DNA of 32,000 bases, from NCBI RefSeq assembly GCF_035285525.1, contig NZ_JAYKGW010000141.1, forward strand, positions 30,001 to 62,000, in the 5' to 3' direction. The translations under genes were made by a program, and so were the position numbers. The notes under the pieces are model-generated. The model worked only from the letters and a program-made list of their open reading frames with translations. It was not told the origin of the DNA and made no database searches. The stretch is from Okeania sp. Lineage in GTDB: Bacteria; Cyanobacteriota; Cyanobacteriia; Cyanobacteriales; Microcoleaceae. Shown one piece after another: positions 21,375 to 29,636 of the stretch (positions are counted from its first letter, which is position 1; every line of letters begins with the position of its first letter).

Positions 21375-23315
21375 TCAATCTGGGATTGTTTCTGCCAGAA
21401 TTTTTGCTAGATTTTTGATATGAGCTGCATAGTTTTTTGTATCTTGATTCGGCAATATTTTTTGCTGATTTTGTAGTTTTAATTTGGTTTCTTCTAGTTC
21501 TTTTTTTCTTTGCTGAAGTTGAGATTGAGTAGATGTTAATTTTTGAGAAATTTCGTTTTTCTCAGATTTAATTTTTTCTAGTTCTGAGCGAGTTTGTTGT
21601 AGTTTTGACTCAGCATTTTTGGCTTTTTCTTGGTTTTGCTGAAGTTGAGATTGAGATTGTTCTAATTCTTCTGATATTTGGTCTTGTTCAAGCTGACTAC
21701 TTTTTAATTCTTTTTGGCTTTTCTGAAGTTGAGATTGAGTAGATGTTAATTTTTGGGAAAGTTCGTCTTTCTCAGATTTAATTTTTTCTAGTTCTGAGCG
21801 AGTTTGTTGTAATTTTGATTCAGAATTTTTGGCTTTTTCTTGGTTTTGCTGAAGTTGAGATTGTATCTGTTGAAATTGTTCCTCAAATGAAACACTTTTT
21901 CCTACCTCATCAATATTTATATCCTGAAAAACTGGGGTACTATTCCAAGGTTCAAAAGGTATAAGTTTTGCTGTCGAAAAGTGGGGGCGAAAGAAATATT
22001 TTCCGGTTTCGTTTAAGAGACAAGTAGCAAAAGCAAAAGGAGTATTAGAAATAGCCAGAAAATCAGACTTACTTAATAAGAAAAAGTTGAGATATTCTGG
22101 ATTAACCTCTACTTCTAAGTCTCGAATAGTTATAGGATTATACTCAGCAAAATAAACTAGGGGTACTTCTTCTAAATTATCACTGGCGATAAATAAAATT
22201 GGTTTCTCTAAAGTTTCCCATAAACCATTTAACCAAACTTTATACCATTCACTAGGAGCAACAACAGAATTATTATTTTTATCTGACTGTGATTGTAAAT
22301 GTAAACCGATGATATTTTTGCCACGAGAGCGCAATTTTTCCCAAGCAACTTTTACTAGAGTTTCTATTTTTGCTACAGGTTGAAATAGAGAACGAAAATA
22401 TTTTTTGTGCCTGACATAATGCTTAGTATGATATAAAAACTCTCCCTGAATATCAACGTTTTTTCCAACTTCCCCGTTACTAGGAAAAATTTCATTATTA
22501 TTTTTGATAACTACAGGCAAAACTTCAGAAATTTCTCTATCTTTATGACCAAATAATTCTTGACCTACCCATAGAGGAGTCTCTACAGATAATCCATTTT
22601 CTTGAGCATATATTTTTAAGAAAGCATACTGAAACATTTGATTTCCTAAGTTACCTTTTTTGCCGAGAGTAGACATAGTAACTACCTGTTTTTTCACATA
22701 AAAAGTGTCTCCCCAAGATGGATGAAAAGGTTTGGCGACTGCTACTCTAGCAAAACCAATATCTGCTAAAAATTCATCAACCTTTTCTGCTAAAGCACAA
22801 CCTTCATAGAGTTCTTCATAGTTAACTTTGGTGTAAACTGCATCTATATATTTAAGTAAATTAGTTGCTCCTTCTAATGCTAAAAGTTCTGCTCCTTGAA
22901 TATCTAAGTTTAAGATATTAAAATCTGTTGGAGGAAGTTCTAATTCTTGTAATAAAGTATCTAAAGTTTTTGACTCAACAGTAAGTTGATTAGTTTCTTT
23001 AACATTAGGGTAAATATCTCGATAATGTTTCAAAGGAAAAATAGAACTACTTTTCTCTATAGAGTTGACATATAATTTAATTTTGCCGTTTTGATTACTA
23101 ATAGCAGAATTAACAGCTTGTACATTAAAAGATGCTATAGCGATATTTGCTTTTAACCTTTCAAATACTGTTGGGTTAGCTTCAATGAAGAGAACTTTTG
23201 ATATGTCTAAATTTTGATAAAGTTTAATATCTTTACCATCATAAGCACCGACATGAATGATACCTCTGGGGGTGACTGAGTTTTGTAAACAAAGGCTCTT
23301 TAAATCTAATTTCAT
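21375..23315 (-). CDS. Tri-domain protein: FkbM-family methyltransferase, GT11-like (alpha-1,2-fucosyltransferase-like) domain, and repetitive coiled-coil tail
   Basis: Residues about 15-200 (IHVGAYDGKD..FIEANPTVFERLKANI..ISNQNGKIKLY..LDIQGAELLALEG) look like FkbM. Residues about 212-470 start GNLGNQMFQYAFLKIYA and later contain AISNTPFAFATCLL, as in GT11. Residues about 480-625 are Q/K/E/S-rich heptad sequence with a duplicated 47-aa block. Confidence 0.8.
   Translation of the reverse strand: MKLDLKSLCLQNSVTPRGIIHVGAYDGKDIKLYQNLDISKVLFIEANPTVFERLKANIAIASFNVQAVNSAISNQNGKIKLYVNSIEKSSSIFPLKHYRDIYPNVKETNQLTVESKTLDTLLQELELPPTDFNILNLDIQGAELLALEGATNLLKYIDAVYTKVNYEELYEGCALAEKVDEFLADIGFARVAVAKPFHPSWGDTFYVKKQVVTMSTLGKKGNLGNQMFQYAFLKIYAQENGLSVETPLWVGQELFGHKDREISEVLPVVIKNNNEIFPSNGEVGKNVDIQGEFLYHTKHYVRHKKYFRSLFQPVAKIETLVKVAWEKLRSRGKNIIGLHLQSQSDKNNNSVVAPSEWYKVWLNGLWETLEKPILFIASDNLEEVPLVYFAEYNPITIRDLEVEVNPEYLNFFLLSKSDFLAISNTPFAFATCLLNETGKYFFRPHFSTAKLIPFEPWNSTPVFQDINIDEVGKSVSFEEQFQQIQSQLQQNQEKAKNSESKLQQTRSELEKIKSEKDELSQKLTSTQSQLQKSQKELKSSQLEQDQISEELEQSQSQLQQNQEKAKNAESKLQQTRSELEKIKSEKNEISQKLTSTQSQLQQRKKELEETKLKLQNQQKILPNQDTKNYAAHIKNLAKILAETIPD
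21511..21865. repeat. Intragenic direct duplication (two blocks of about 145 bp, 210 bp apart) within the coiled-coil tail
   Basis: 21511-21655 and 21721-21865 are near identical. Both encode SQLQQNQEKAKN(S/A)ESKLQQTRSELEKIKSEK(D/N)E(L/I)SQKLTSTQSQLQ. Confidence 0.9.
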
Positions 23316-23446
23316 TTTGATTAATATTGAAAATTTATAAATAATTTTTAGTAAGCATTTAGCAGTTAGCTATTTTTTAGTTTTACATAAACCCTTTATT
23401 AATTTAGTCATAATTAAATCTGACTATCAAAGCTAATTTTAAAGTT

Positions 23447-23479
23447 TATATAGCAATCCTATTTAAGTTGTAATATTTT
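23447..23479. repeat. 30-nt motif TATAGCAATCCTAWWTARGTTGTAATATTTT (copy 1)
   Basis: This is one of two near-identical copies in the divergent spacer between 23315 and 23847. A partial third copy lies at 26927-26950. Confidence 0.7.
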
Positions 23480-23681
23480 GGTCTTCGTTATGAGCCATAA
23501 TTGATAATTCTGAATTTTCAAAGTTTTCAGATCAAATAAACTATCATCAAAAATGTCACAACTAATGCACAAACTGCTATATTAATTTCAACTTACTTTT
23601 TAAAGTTGAGATATAATTGCTCTTTACATAGCATTCCGCAAGAAAAGAAATGCTTAACAACTTTTGAATGTGCAATATATT

Positions 23682-23713
23682 TTATAGCAATCCTAAATAG
23701 GTTGTAATATTTT
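23682..23713. repeat. 30-nt motif TATAGCAATCCTAAATAGGTTGTAATATTTT (copy 2)
   Basis: It has the same orientation as copy 1. It lies about 135-165 nt upstream of the TPR gene start. Confidence 0.7.
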
Positions 23714-23846
23714 ATTGTCAGGACTTGGTTTCTCAAACAAAGAAATAATGACTTTTGGAGACCAAACCTCTACAGTTTTTTTCACAAATAATTTAAGATT
23801 GCCATAGCTTATTATAGTAAACCCTGAAAAAAATACATACTCAATC

Positions 23847-24812
23847 GTGAATGTCCTAGAAAAACAAAAAAAAGCAGCAGAATATTTGGCCAAAGGTGAA
23901 TTTGATGGAGCGATCGCTCTATGTCATCAAATTATAGAGGTACAGCCAGATTTTATTCCAGCTTATCAAATTATAGGAAATGTTTGGGAAATTCAGGGAG
24001 ATTTAGAATCTGCTCTAAACTGGTATACTCAAGCATTAAAAATTCAGCCTAACTTGGCAGAATTATATAAAATTATTGGTAATTTATATTGTCAAAAAAA
24101 GCAGTGGGATGAGGCGATCGCTTATTATGAAAAAGCGGTTAAACTAGAACCAAATTTAACGGAACTATATGAAAAGTTAGGGGATATTTTTCAACAAAGT
24201 TATCGGGAAAATTTACAATCAGCATTGGGTAATTATCGTCTGGCAATCAAATATTCTTCTTGGGATGAAAGTAATTATCATAAAATATTAGAAATTCAAC
24301 CATATAATCCGGAAATATGTAGACTTTTGGCTAATCTTTTATTTAGTAAAAATCAATTAGGTTCGGCAATTATTTTTTATCAAATTGCTTTAATAACTGA
24401 ATCAGAAAATCCAGAAGTTCATTTTAATTTAGGCAAAATATTGGCAAAACAAGGTTATCTTGACCAAGCAATTTCTGAATATCAACTTGCTTTAGAAGTA
24501 GACAAAAATAATCCAGATATTTATCTACAACTGGGTATAGTTTTGGCAAAAAAAGAAAGGTGGTTAGAAGCGATCGCTTCTTATCGCCGTACTTTGGAAA
24601 TTTATCCTAATTCAGATTTTGCTTATAATTATTTAGGGGAAATTTTAACAAAAATAGGAGAGTTGGAAGAGGGAATTTATATGTTTCAGCAAGCAATAAA
24701 TCTCAATTCTACTTCACCTTTGTTTCATAAAAATTTGGGTGATGCTTTAGCAAAACAGGGAAAAATAAATGAAGCAAGTGTTGCTTATAGTCGCGCCATT
24801 GAATTAGAGTAA
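23847..24812 (+). CDS. Tetratricopeptide-repeat (TPR) protein
   Basis: The 321-aa protein consists of successive 34-residue repeats (..A..Y..ALKIQPNLAE.., ..AIAYYEKAVKLEPN.., ..AISEYQLALEVDKNNPD.., ..AIASYRRTLEIYPNS..). The GTG start is the only in-frame start near the 5' end, so the start position is uncertain. Confidence 0.8.
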   Translation: MNVLEKQKKAAEYLAKGEFDGAIALCHQIIEVQPDFIPAYQIIGNVWEIQGDLESALNWYTQALKIQPNLAELYKIIGNLYCQKKQWDEAIAYYEKAVKLEPNLTELYEKLGDIFQQSYRENLQSALGNYRLAIKYSSWDESNYHKILEIQPYNPEICRLLANLLFSKNQLGSAIIFYQIALITESENPEVHFNLGKILAKQGYLDQAISEYQLALEVDKNNPDIYLQLGIVLAKKERWLEAIASYRRTLEIYPNSDFAYNYLGEILTKIGELEEGIYMFQQAINLNSTSPLFHKNLGDALAKQGKINEASVAYSRAIELE

Positions 24813-24857
24813 AAATATTGGTAGAAAGATGGGAAAATGCATAACTATTTGTCGTAG

Positions 24858-25205
24858 TTTTCTATTCCAACAACTACTTATATATTTTCTGAAGTAGTCG
24901 AGTAGGTAAATATTGACTATTTCTGATTTCTCAGAATAATCGAATATTTTTCTGTTTAGCTTTTTCCTATTTCTGCCTTAAATTTTTCTATTCCAACAAC
25001 TACTTATATATTTTCTGAACAAATAGATTTGCCAAATATTGACTATTTCTGATTTCCCAGAATAATCGAATATTTTTCTGTTTAGCTTTTCCCTACTTCC
25101 CACCTAAATTTTTCTATTCCAACAACTACTTATATATTTTCTGAAGTAGTCGAGTAGGTAAATATTGAATATTTCTGATTTCTCAGAATAATCGAATATT
25201 TTTCG
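24858..25205. repeat. Tandem array of a 126-bp unit, 2.75 copies
   Basis: Units begin at 24858, 24984 and 25110 (TTTTCTATTCCAACAACTACTTATATATTTTCTGAA...). Copies 1 and 3 share a 15-nt block (GTAGTCGAGTAGGTA) that is replaced in copy 2 by CAAATAGATTTGCCA. There is no ORF. The array lies between convergent genes. Confidence 0.95.
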
Positions 25206-25208
25206 CGT

Positions 25209-25275
25209 GAATCTCATATTTGCAGAAATACTTTTTTCCCATTTTCTATTCCCTGTTCCCTGTTCCCTATTCCCT
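25209..25275. repeat. Partial copy of the TGGGTGCATCTCA-family element with a TTCCCTG/TATTCCC heptamer array
   Basis: GAATCTCATATTTGCAGAAATACTTTTTTCCC..TTCCCTGTTCCCTGTTCCCTATTCCC parallels 16386-16490. It overlaps the stop codon of the GT2 gene. Confidence 0.6.
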
Positions 25276-26472
25276 AAATTTGATTTTCTGATAATACTTT
25301 TGTGCAGTTTGCATCCAAGCTTTTACCTGAGATTCTAGCCAAGATTTTTCTATCTCTAAAGCAGATTTTTCTGCCTCCAAAACAGAGTTTTTTTGCTCAA
25401 GGTTATCCACCCAACAACGTAATTTATGAGAATCTTTTTGTAGCTGAAACTTACCTTTTTCCAAATCTTGCACCCAAACATTATATTGATAAACCTCCGA
25501 CTTAAGACGAGAATTAACTTGCAATATTTCCTGTATTTTCGTGCCTAACTCCTGCACAAAAATACCTAATTTTCCTGACTTACCCCGCCAATTTTCCAAT
25601 AATTCAGATAACTTGAATGCCTCATCAAAATTCCCCATTTCCAAATAACGATAAATTCGATAATAACTCACCCATTTAACAGTTCGAGATAACACTTCGG
25701 TCTCCCAGTCATTTAATTCTGATTCCGATAAATTTAAACTATCAATTAAATTACTACATATTTGTAAATGTTCCTTAACCTGATAAAAATCATCAAAACT
25801 ATGAGTTTTATTTCCTTCATGCCATCGATAATATCCTAAGATTTCTTTAACAAAATATAAATCAGCAACCAAAGCAATTTTTAACCATAATTCTAAGTCC
25901 GCAGCAAAAGCAAAATTGTCATTAAATTTCCCTCCAACTTTCTCTAAAACCTCTCGTCTAATCAATACAAACGGGCAACAAATAGGATTAGCTTCTCCCA
26001 AATTTTTCCTTACCCATTCCTCACCATTTATTAAACTATTTTCAGTATAATTTGCCCAGTCCCAATGAAGGTAATTATTATCACTATCGACCACCATAAT
26101 AGAGGAAGTAACTAAACCGACATTTTGATATTTATCTAGAATTTTTACCTTTTGCTCTAAATTTTTTGGCAACATTACATCATCCTGAGCAAAAACAGTA
26201 ATATATTCTCCAGAAGCAGATTCTAAACAACGATTCCAGTTAGGAAAAAGTCCTATATTTTGGGGATTTTGTAAGTATTTAATTCTACTATCTTTTTGTA
26301 GATAACTATTAATAACTTCTGGAGTATTATCAGTAGAGGAGTCATCAGAAATAATTAACTCAAAATTTGTAAATGTCTGTTTAAGAATACTGTCTATTGC
26401 TTGAGTGAGAAATTTTCCAGAATTATAAGTAGGTAAACAGACAGTGACTTTGGGAAAATTGTTTATCGGCAT
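25267..26472 (-). CDS. Family 2 glycosyltransferase with a C-terminal coiled-coil extension
   Basis: VTVCLPTYNSGKFLTQAIDSILKQTFTNFELIISDDSSTDNT and ..ITVFAQDDV.. form the GT2 (GT-A) fold with DxD signatures. The last 90 or so residues (..LKSEVYQYNVWVQDLEKGKFQLQKD..LEAEKSALEIEKSWLESQVK..) are heptad-like. Confidence 0.88.
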   Translation of the reverse strand: MPINNFPKVTVCLPTYNSGKFLTQAIDSILKQTFTNFELIISDDSSTDNTPEVINSYLQKDSRIKYLQNPQNIGLFPNWNRCLESASGEYITVFAQDDVMLPKNLEQKVKILDKYQNVGLVTSSIMVVDSDNNYLHWDWANYTENSLINGEEWVRKNLGEANPICCPFVLIRREVLEKVGGKFNDNFAFAADLELWLKIALVADLYFVKEILGYYRWHEGNKTHSFDDFYQVKEHLQICSNLIDSLNLSESELNDWETEVLSRTVKWVSYYRIYRYLEMGNFDEAFKLSELLENWRGKSGKLGIFVQELGTKIQEILQVNSRLKSEVYQYNVWVQDLEKGKFQLQKDSHKLRCWVDNLEQKNSVLEAEKSALEIEKSWLESQVKAWMQTAQKYYQKIKFRE

Positions 26473-26926
26473 TTAATCTAATGGTAATATTCCAGGAATA
26501 TTGAATTATAGCAAAGGTTATTTCAGTTATCAGTTATTAGTATCTCTGCTTGAACTCAGAGACTTGAAATACTGAAGTTTATTTTTTTATTCCCTCTCTC
26601 GCTTAAAGAGAGTAAACAGTCAAGAACTCTATTTCTTTGATTAATCCTAACCCTCAAAAGTACCAAAAAAAATCTCTGATACTAAGGAAGGTGGGGTTGT
26701 TTTTTCCAAAAATTTGTGATATCATAATATATGATATATCTATTTCATATTTATGTATGATTTTTTATTCAACGTAAAAATTTTAAGCTGATAAACAAGC
26801 TAGCATTTTCTGAAAACTAATTTAAAATATAATAACTGAAGAAAGGGAAAACTTATTTTCAGTTAAACAATTGAAGTTTTCCTTAGCTTCAAACCTAATA
26901 AATTATTCAGCAAACTCTAATTACAA

Positions 26927-26950
26927 ATATAGCAATCCTAAATAGAATTT
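26927..26950. repeat. Partial third copy of the TATAGCAATCCTAAATAG motif
   Basis: The sequence is ATATAGCAATCCTAAATAGAATTTGCGG. It lies about 455 nt upstream of the GT2 gene start. Confidence 0.5.
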
Positions 26951-27250
26951 GCGGAAAAAGCAGTGTATGGAAAGGGTGAGAAGTGTGGGAAACAGAGTAA
27001 AGTGGAAGAAATAATTGCCCCTTAATTTTTTTTACCATAGCAAGCTAAAAATTATAAATTTTTGAACAGGAACGATAATTGACTCCTGACTTCTCCCCCT
27101 CTCCAAAAGACTTTTTCAGCAAGCCCTAATTAATTAGCCTTTCTTATAAATAAAAGGATTTGGTAAAATTATTTTTTTCTTTATTTCTCCATAAAATAGA
27201 GAAGCTTTATAGCTTAATTAATTTTTTTTCAATAATTAATAATTAGAAAT

Positions 27251-27297
27251 AATTATTCATTATTCATTATTCATTATTCATTATTCATTATTCATTA
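27251..27297. repeat. STRR array (TTCATTA x about 6)
   Basis: AATTATTCATTATTCATTATTCATTATTCATTATTCATTATTCATTA contains the stop codon and the last two codons of the methyltransferase gene. Confidence 0.95.
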
Positions 27298-28211
27298 CAA
27301 GGAACCTTCGCAATAACAGTCCGGTGACGATGAGTATTGCAAATTATTTTGGGAACTGAAAAACCAGCATCAATTAATTCCTTTTCAATATCCAAAGAAA
27401 AATATTCATCCAAATAAGGTTCTGTACTCTTCAACAAAGTAAAAATATGAGGAGCCATTGTTGCATAAACTTCTGACTTAGGATTCATATCCATAATAGC
27501 AATATTACCATTTGAACGTAATAACCTTCTTGCCTCCCGAAATATTTTTCGAGTAGCAAATTGTGGTAATTCATGGCATACTAAAGAGATAGAAATTAAA
27601 TCAAAAGAATCATCAGGTAAACCAGTTTCTTCGGCAGCAGTATGAACCCAATTAATATCCAAATTTTGCTGTTGAGAACGATACAAACCAACTGCTAAAA
27701 AATAAGGTGATAAATCTATTCCTGTCAACTTAGCTTGAGGGAAAACTTTTTGTAGGGAAAAAGTATTTAAACCCGCACCACATCCCAAGTCTAAAACATC
27801 TTTTGGTGGAGAAATTTCAGCTTTTAAAATATCAAGAAAACTTTGACGAAGTCTAACATCTCCACCAATACCTTCTTCTTTCCAAATTCCTGCATGAACT
27901 GCTAATACTGCTACTTCTACTTCTGTTGCAGGTTGCCAACCCATATTACCTTTTTCATAAGCATGGAATGAAGTAAGATAATATTCAGGATATTTTAATT
28001 TAGGATTATTTACTATTTCCCATTCTTTATCCCAATTACGTTCAGAAAGTTCTTTGACTTGTTTGCGCCAAGGAACGCCAATTTTTTCTGCACGTTTAAT
28101 AATCATCTTTCTTGCTTGAGTTTTAGCAAAATTAGCAAGTGGTTTAATTGAGAGAATTATGTTTACTAAATTTGTTGCTAAATTAGACCGAGGTTTAAAA
28201 GTAGTAGTCAT
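27288..28211 (-). CDS. Class I SAM-dependent methyltransferase
   Basis: The ORF is 307 aa. The SAM-binding motif I is VLDLGCGAGLNT. The downstream blocks DLISISLVCHELP and GNIAIMD match the Methyltransf_11/25 type. Confidence 0.85.
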   Translation of the reverse strand: MTTTFKPRSNLATNLVNIILSIKPLANFAKTQARKMIIKRAEKIGVPWRKQVKELSERNWDKEWEIVNNPKLKYPEYYLTSFHAYEKGNMGWQPATEVEVAVLAVHAGIWKEEGIGGDVRLRQSFLDILKAEISPPKDVLDLGCGAGLNTFSLQKVFPQAKLTGIDLSPYFLAVGLYRSQQQNLDINWVHTAAEETGLPDDSFDLISISLVCHELPQFATRKIFREARRLLRSNGNIAIMDMNPKSEVYATMAPHIFTLLKSTEPYLDEYFSLDIEKELIDAGFSVPKIICNTHRHRTVIAKVPCNE

Positions 28212-28220
28212 TTTCTTCTA

Positions 28221-28260
28221 GTAGGGAGTAGGGAGTAGGGAGTAGGGAGTAGGGAGTAGT
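28221..28260. repeat. STRR array (GGGAGTA x about 5.5)
   Basis: The array GTAGGGAGTAGGGAGTAGGGAGTAGGGAGTAGGGAGTAGT begins 10 nt upstream of the methyltransferase ATG. Confidence 0.95.
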
Positions 28261-28488
28261 AAATAGGAAGTCATAGAAATCGGGTTTGTCTTAGATATCT
28301 ACATATTGACTTCTTTTTCCCAAAAACCCAGTTTATTATAATACTTCAAAATATAAAATAAGAAATACAGTTGTTTTTCTTCTAGTAAACTTTTAAACTA
28401 TTAACTGTTAATTTTCATTATATTTATAATGAACAATAAAAACTATCTTTAATTATCAATTATTCATTATTAATTATTCATTGGTAAA

Positions 28489-29556
28489 TTAGCGTTGTAA
28501 ATTTCTCGGATCTAGAGCATCTCGTAACCCATCTCCTAATAAATTAAATGCTAATACCGTTAAAATAATCAATAATGCTGGAGGCCATACCAACCAAGGT
28601 TGTAATACTAAAATAGAAGCATTCGTAGCCAAAGACAACATATTTCCCCAGGAGGGGTCTGGTTGTTGAATACCCAAACCAATCAAACTTAAGACTGATT
28701 CTGAGATAATAAAACTAGGAATAGCTAAAGTTGCCGAAATAATTACATAAGTTGCCGTTTGAGGCAATACATGACGAACAATAATATAAAAAGAATTAGC
28801 CCCCATCGCTCTTACCGCTTGTACAAATTCTCGTTCTTTAATAGATAATACTTGTCCTCGAATAATTCTCGCTAATCCTGCCCAACGAATAAATGAAGTA
28901 ATAACTACAATCAACAGAAATCTTTGGGCACTGCTAATACCAGGAGGTAATACCGCAGCCAGCGCCACTAATAGATAAATACCGGGAATTGTCATTAATA
29001 CTTCAGCGAAACGCATCAGTATACTATCTACCCAACCACCAAAGTAACCTGAAATTCCCCCAATAATCATTCCTAGGGGAAAGTAGATTGTTATTCCTAC
29101 CAGACCGATGAATAAACTAATCCTACCACCAAAAATTAAACGGCTAAACTGGTCTCGTGCTTGTTCGTCAGTGCCTAGTAAGTTAAATTTCGCTTCACCT
29201 GTGGTCCCGAATAAATGTCGGTCCAATGGCAAAATACCGAAGAGTTTATAAGGGGTTCCTTGGACAAAGAAACCGAGAGGGGATGGTTGATCAAAGTCCA
29301 CGTTTAATTCCCGGAGTCCAGTTTCTATGTCTACTGGCCCTTGAGTTGTAGGATAAATATAGGGTCTAATAAATTCTCCTGCTTGGTTTTGCCAGTAAAT
29401 TTGCGTAGGTGGTAGTAGGGAACCATTAAGTTGAGATGTGTAAGGGTTGTAGGGAGCAATAAAGTCAGCAGCAATTACTACTAGATAAAAAGTTAATAAT
29501 AATAATGCGCCGAATCTTGCTAAAGGATTTTTTTTAAGATTTTTCCACCATTTCAT
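28489..29556 (-). CDS. ABC transporter permease of the peptide/nickel (DppC/OppC-like) family
   Basis: The ORF is 355 aa. The N-terminal block NPLARFGALLLLTFYLVVIAADFIAPYNP, multiple transmembrane segments, and the C-terminal LAFNLLGDGLRDALDPR are characteristic of this family. Confidence 0.88.
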   Translation of the reverse strand: MKWWKNLKKNPLARFGALLLLTFYLVVIAADFIAPYNPYTSQLNGSLLPPTQIYWQNQAGEFIRPYIYPTTQGPVDIETGLRELNVDFDQPSPLGFFVQGTPYKLFGILPLDRHLFGTTGEAKFNLLGTDEQARDQFSRLIFGGRISLFIGLVGITIYFPLGMIIGGISGYFGGWVDSILMRFAEVLMTIPGIYLLVALAAVLPPGISSAQRFLLIVVITSFIRWAGLARIIRGQVLSIKEREFVQAVRAMGANSFYIIVRHVLPQTATYVIISATLAIPSFIISESVLSLIGLGIQQPDPSWGNMLSLATNASILVLQPWLVWPPALLIILTVLAFNLLGDGLRDALDPRNLQR

Positions 29557-29566
29557 TGATTTAATT

Positions 29567-29600
29567 AGGGAGTAGGGAGTAGGGAGTAGGGAGTAGGGAA
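29567..29600. repeat. STRR array (GGGAGTA x about 4.5)
   Basis: The array AGGGAGTAGGGAGTAGGGAGTAGGGAGTAGGGAA begins about 10 nt upstream of the permease ATG. Confidence 0.95.
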
Positions 29601-29636
29601 GAAGGAAGGTAAGGAACTATACTATTATTGAGTATA

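Noticed and set aside
23693-23893. 66-aa minus-strand ORF overlapping the TPR gene start
   Set aside because: It spans the GGAGACCAAACC repeat and the 30-nt motif, it overlaps a well supported TPR CDS, and it has no coding signature.
24858-25205. CRISPR interpretation of the 126-bp array (and of the many heptamer arrays)
   Set aside because: The conserved part is about 110 bp and the variable part only about 15 bp, which is the reverse of repeat-spacer geometry. There are only 2.75 units, two of them share the same variable block, and no cas genes are present. The heptamer arrays have no spacers at all.
25302-25505. 67-aa plus-strand ORF inside the GT2 gene
   Set aside because: It is an antisense shadow of the coiled-coil tail region.
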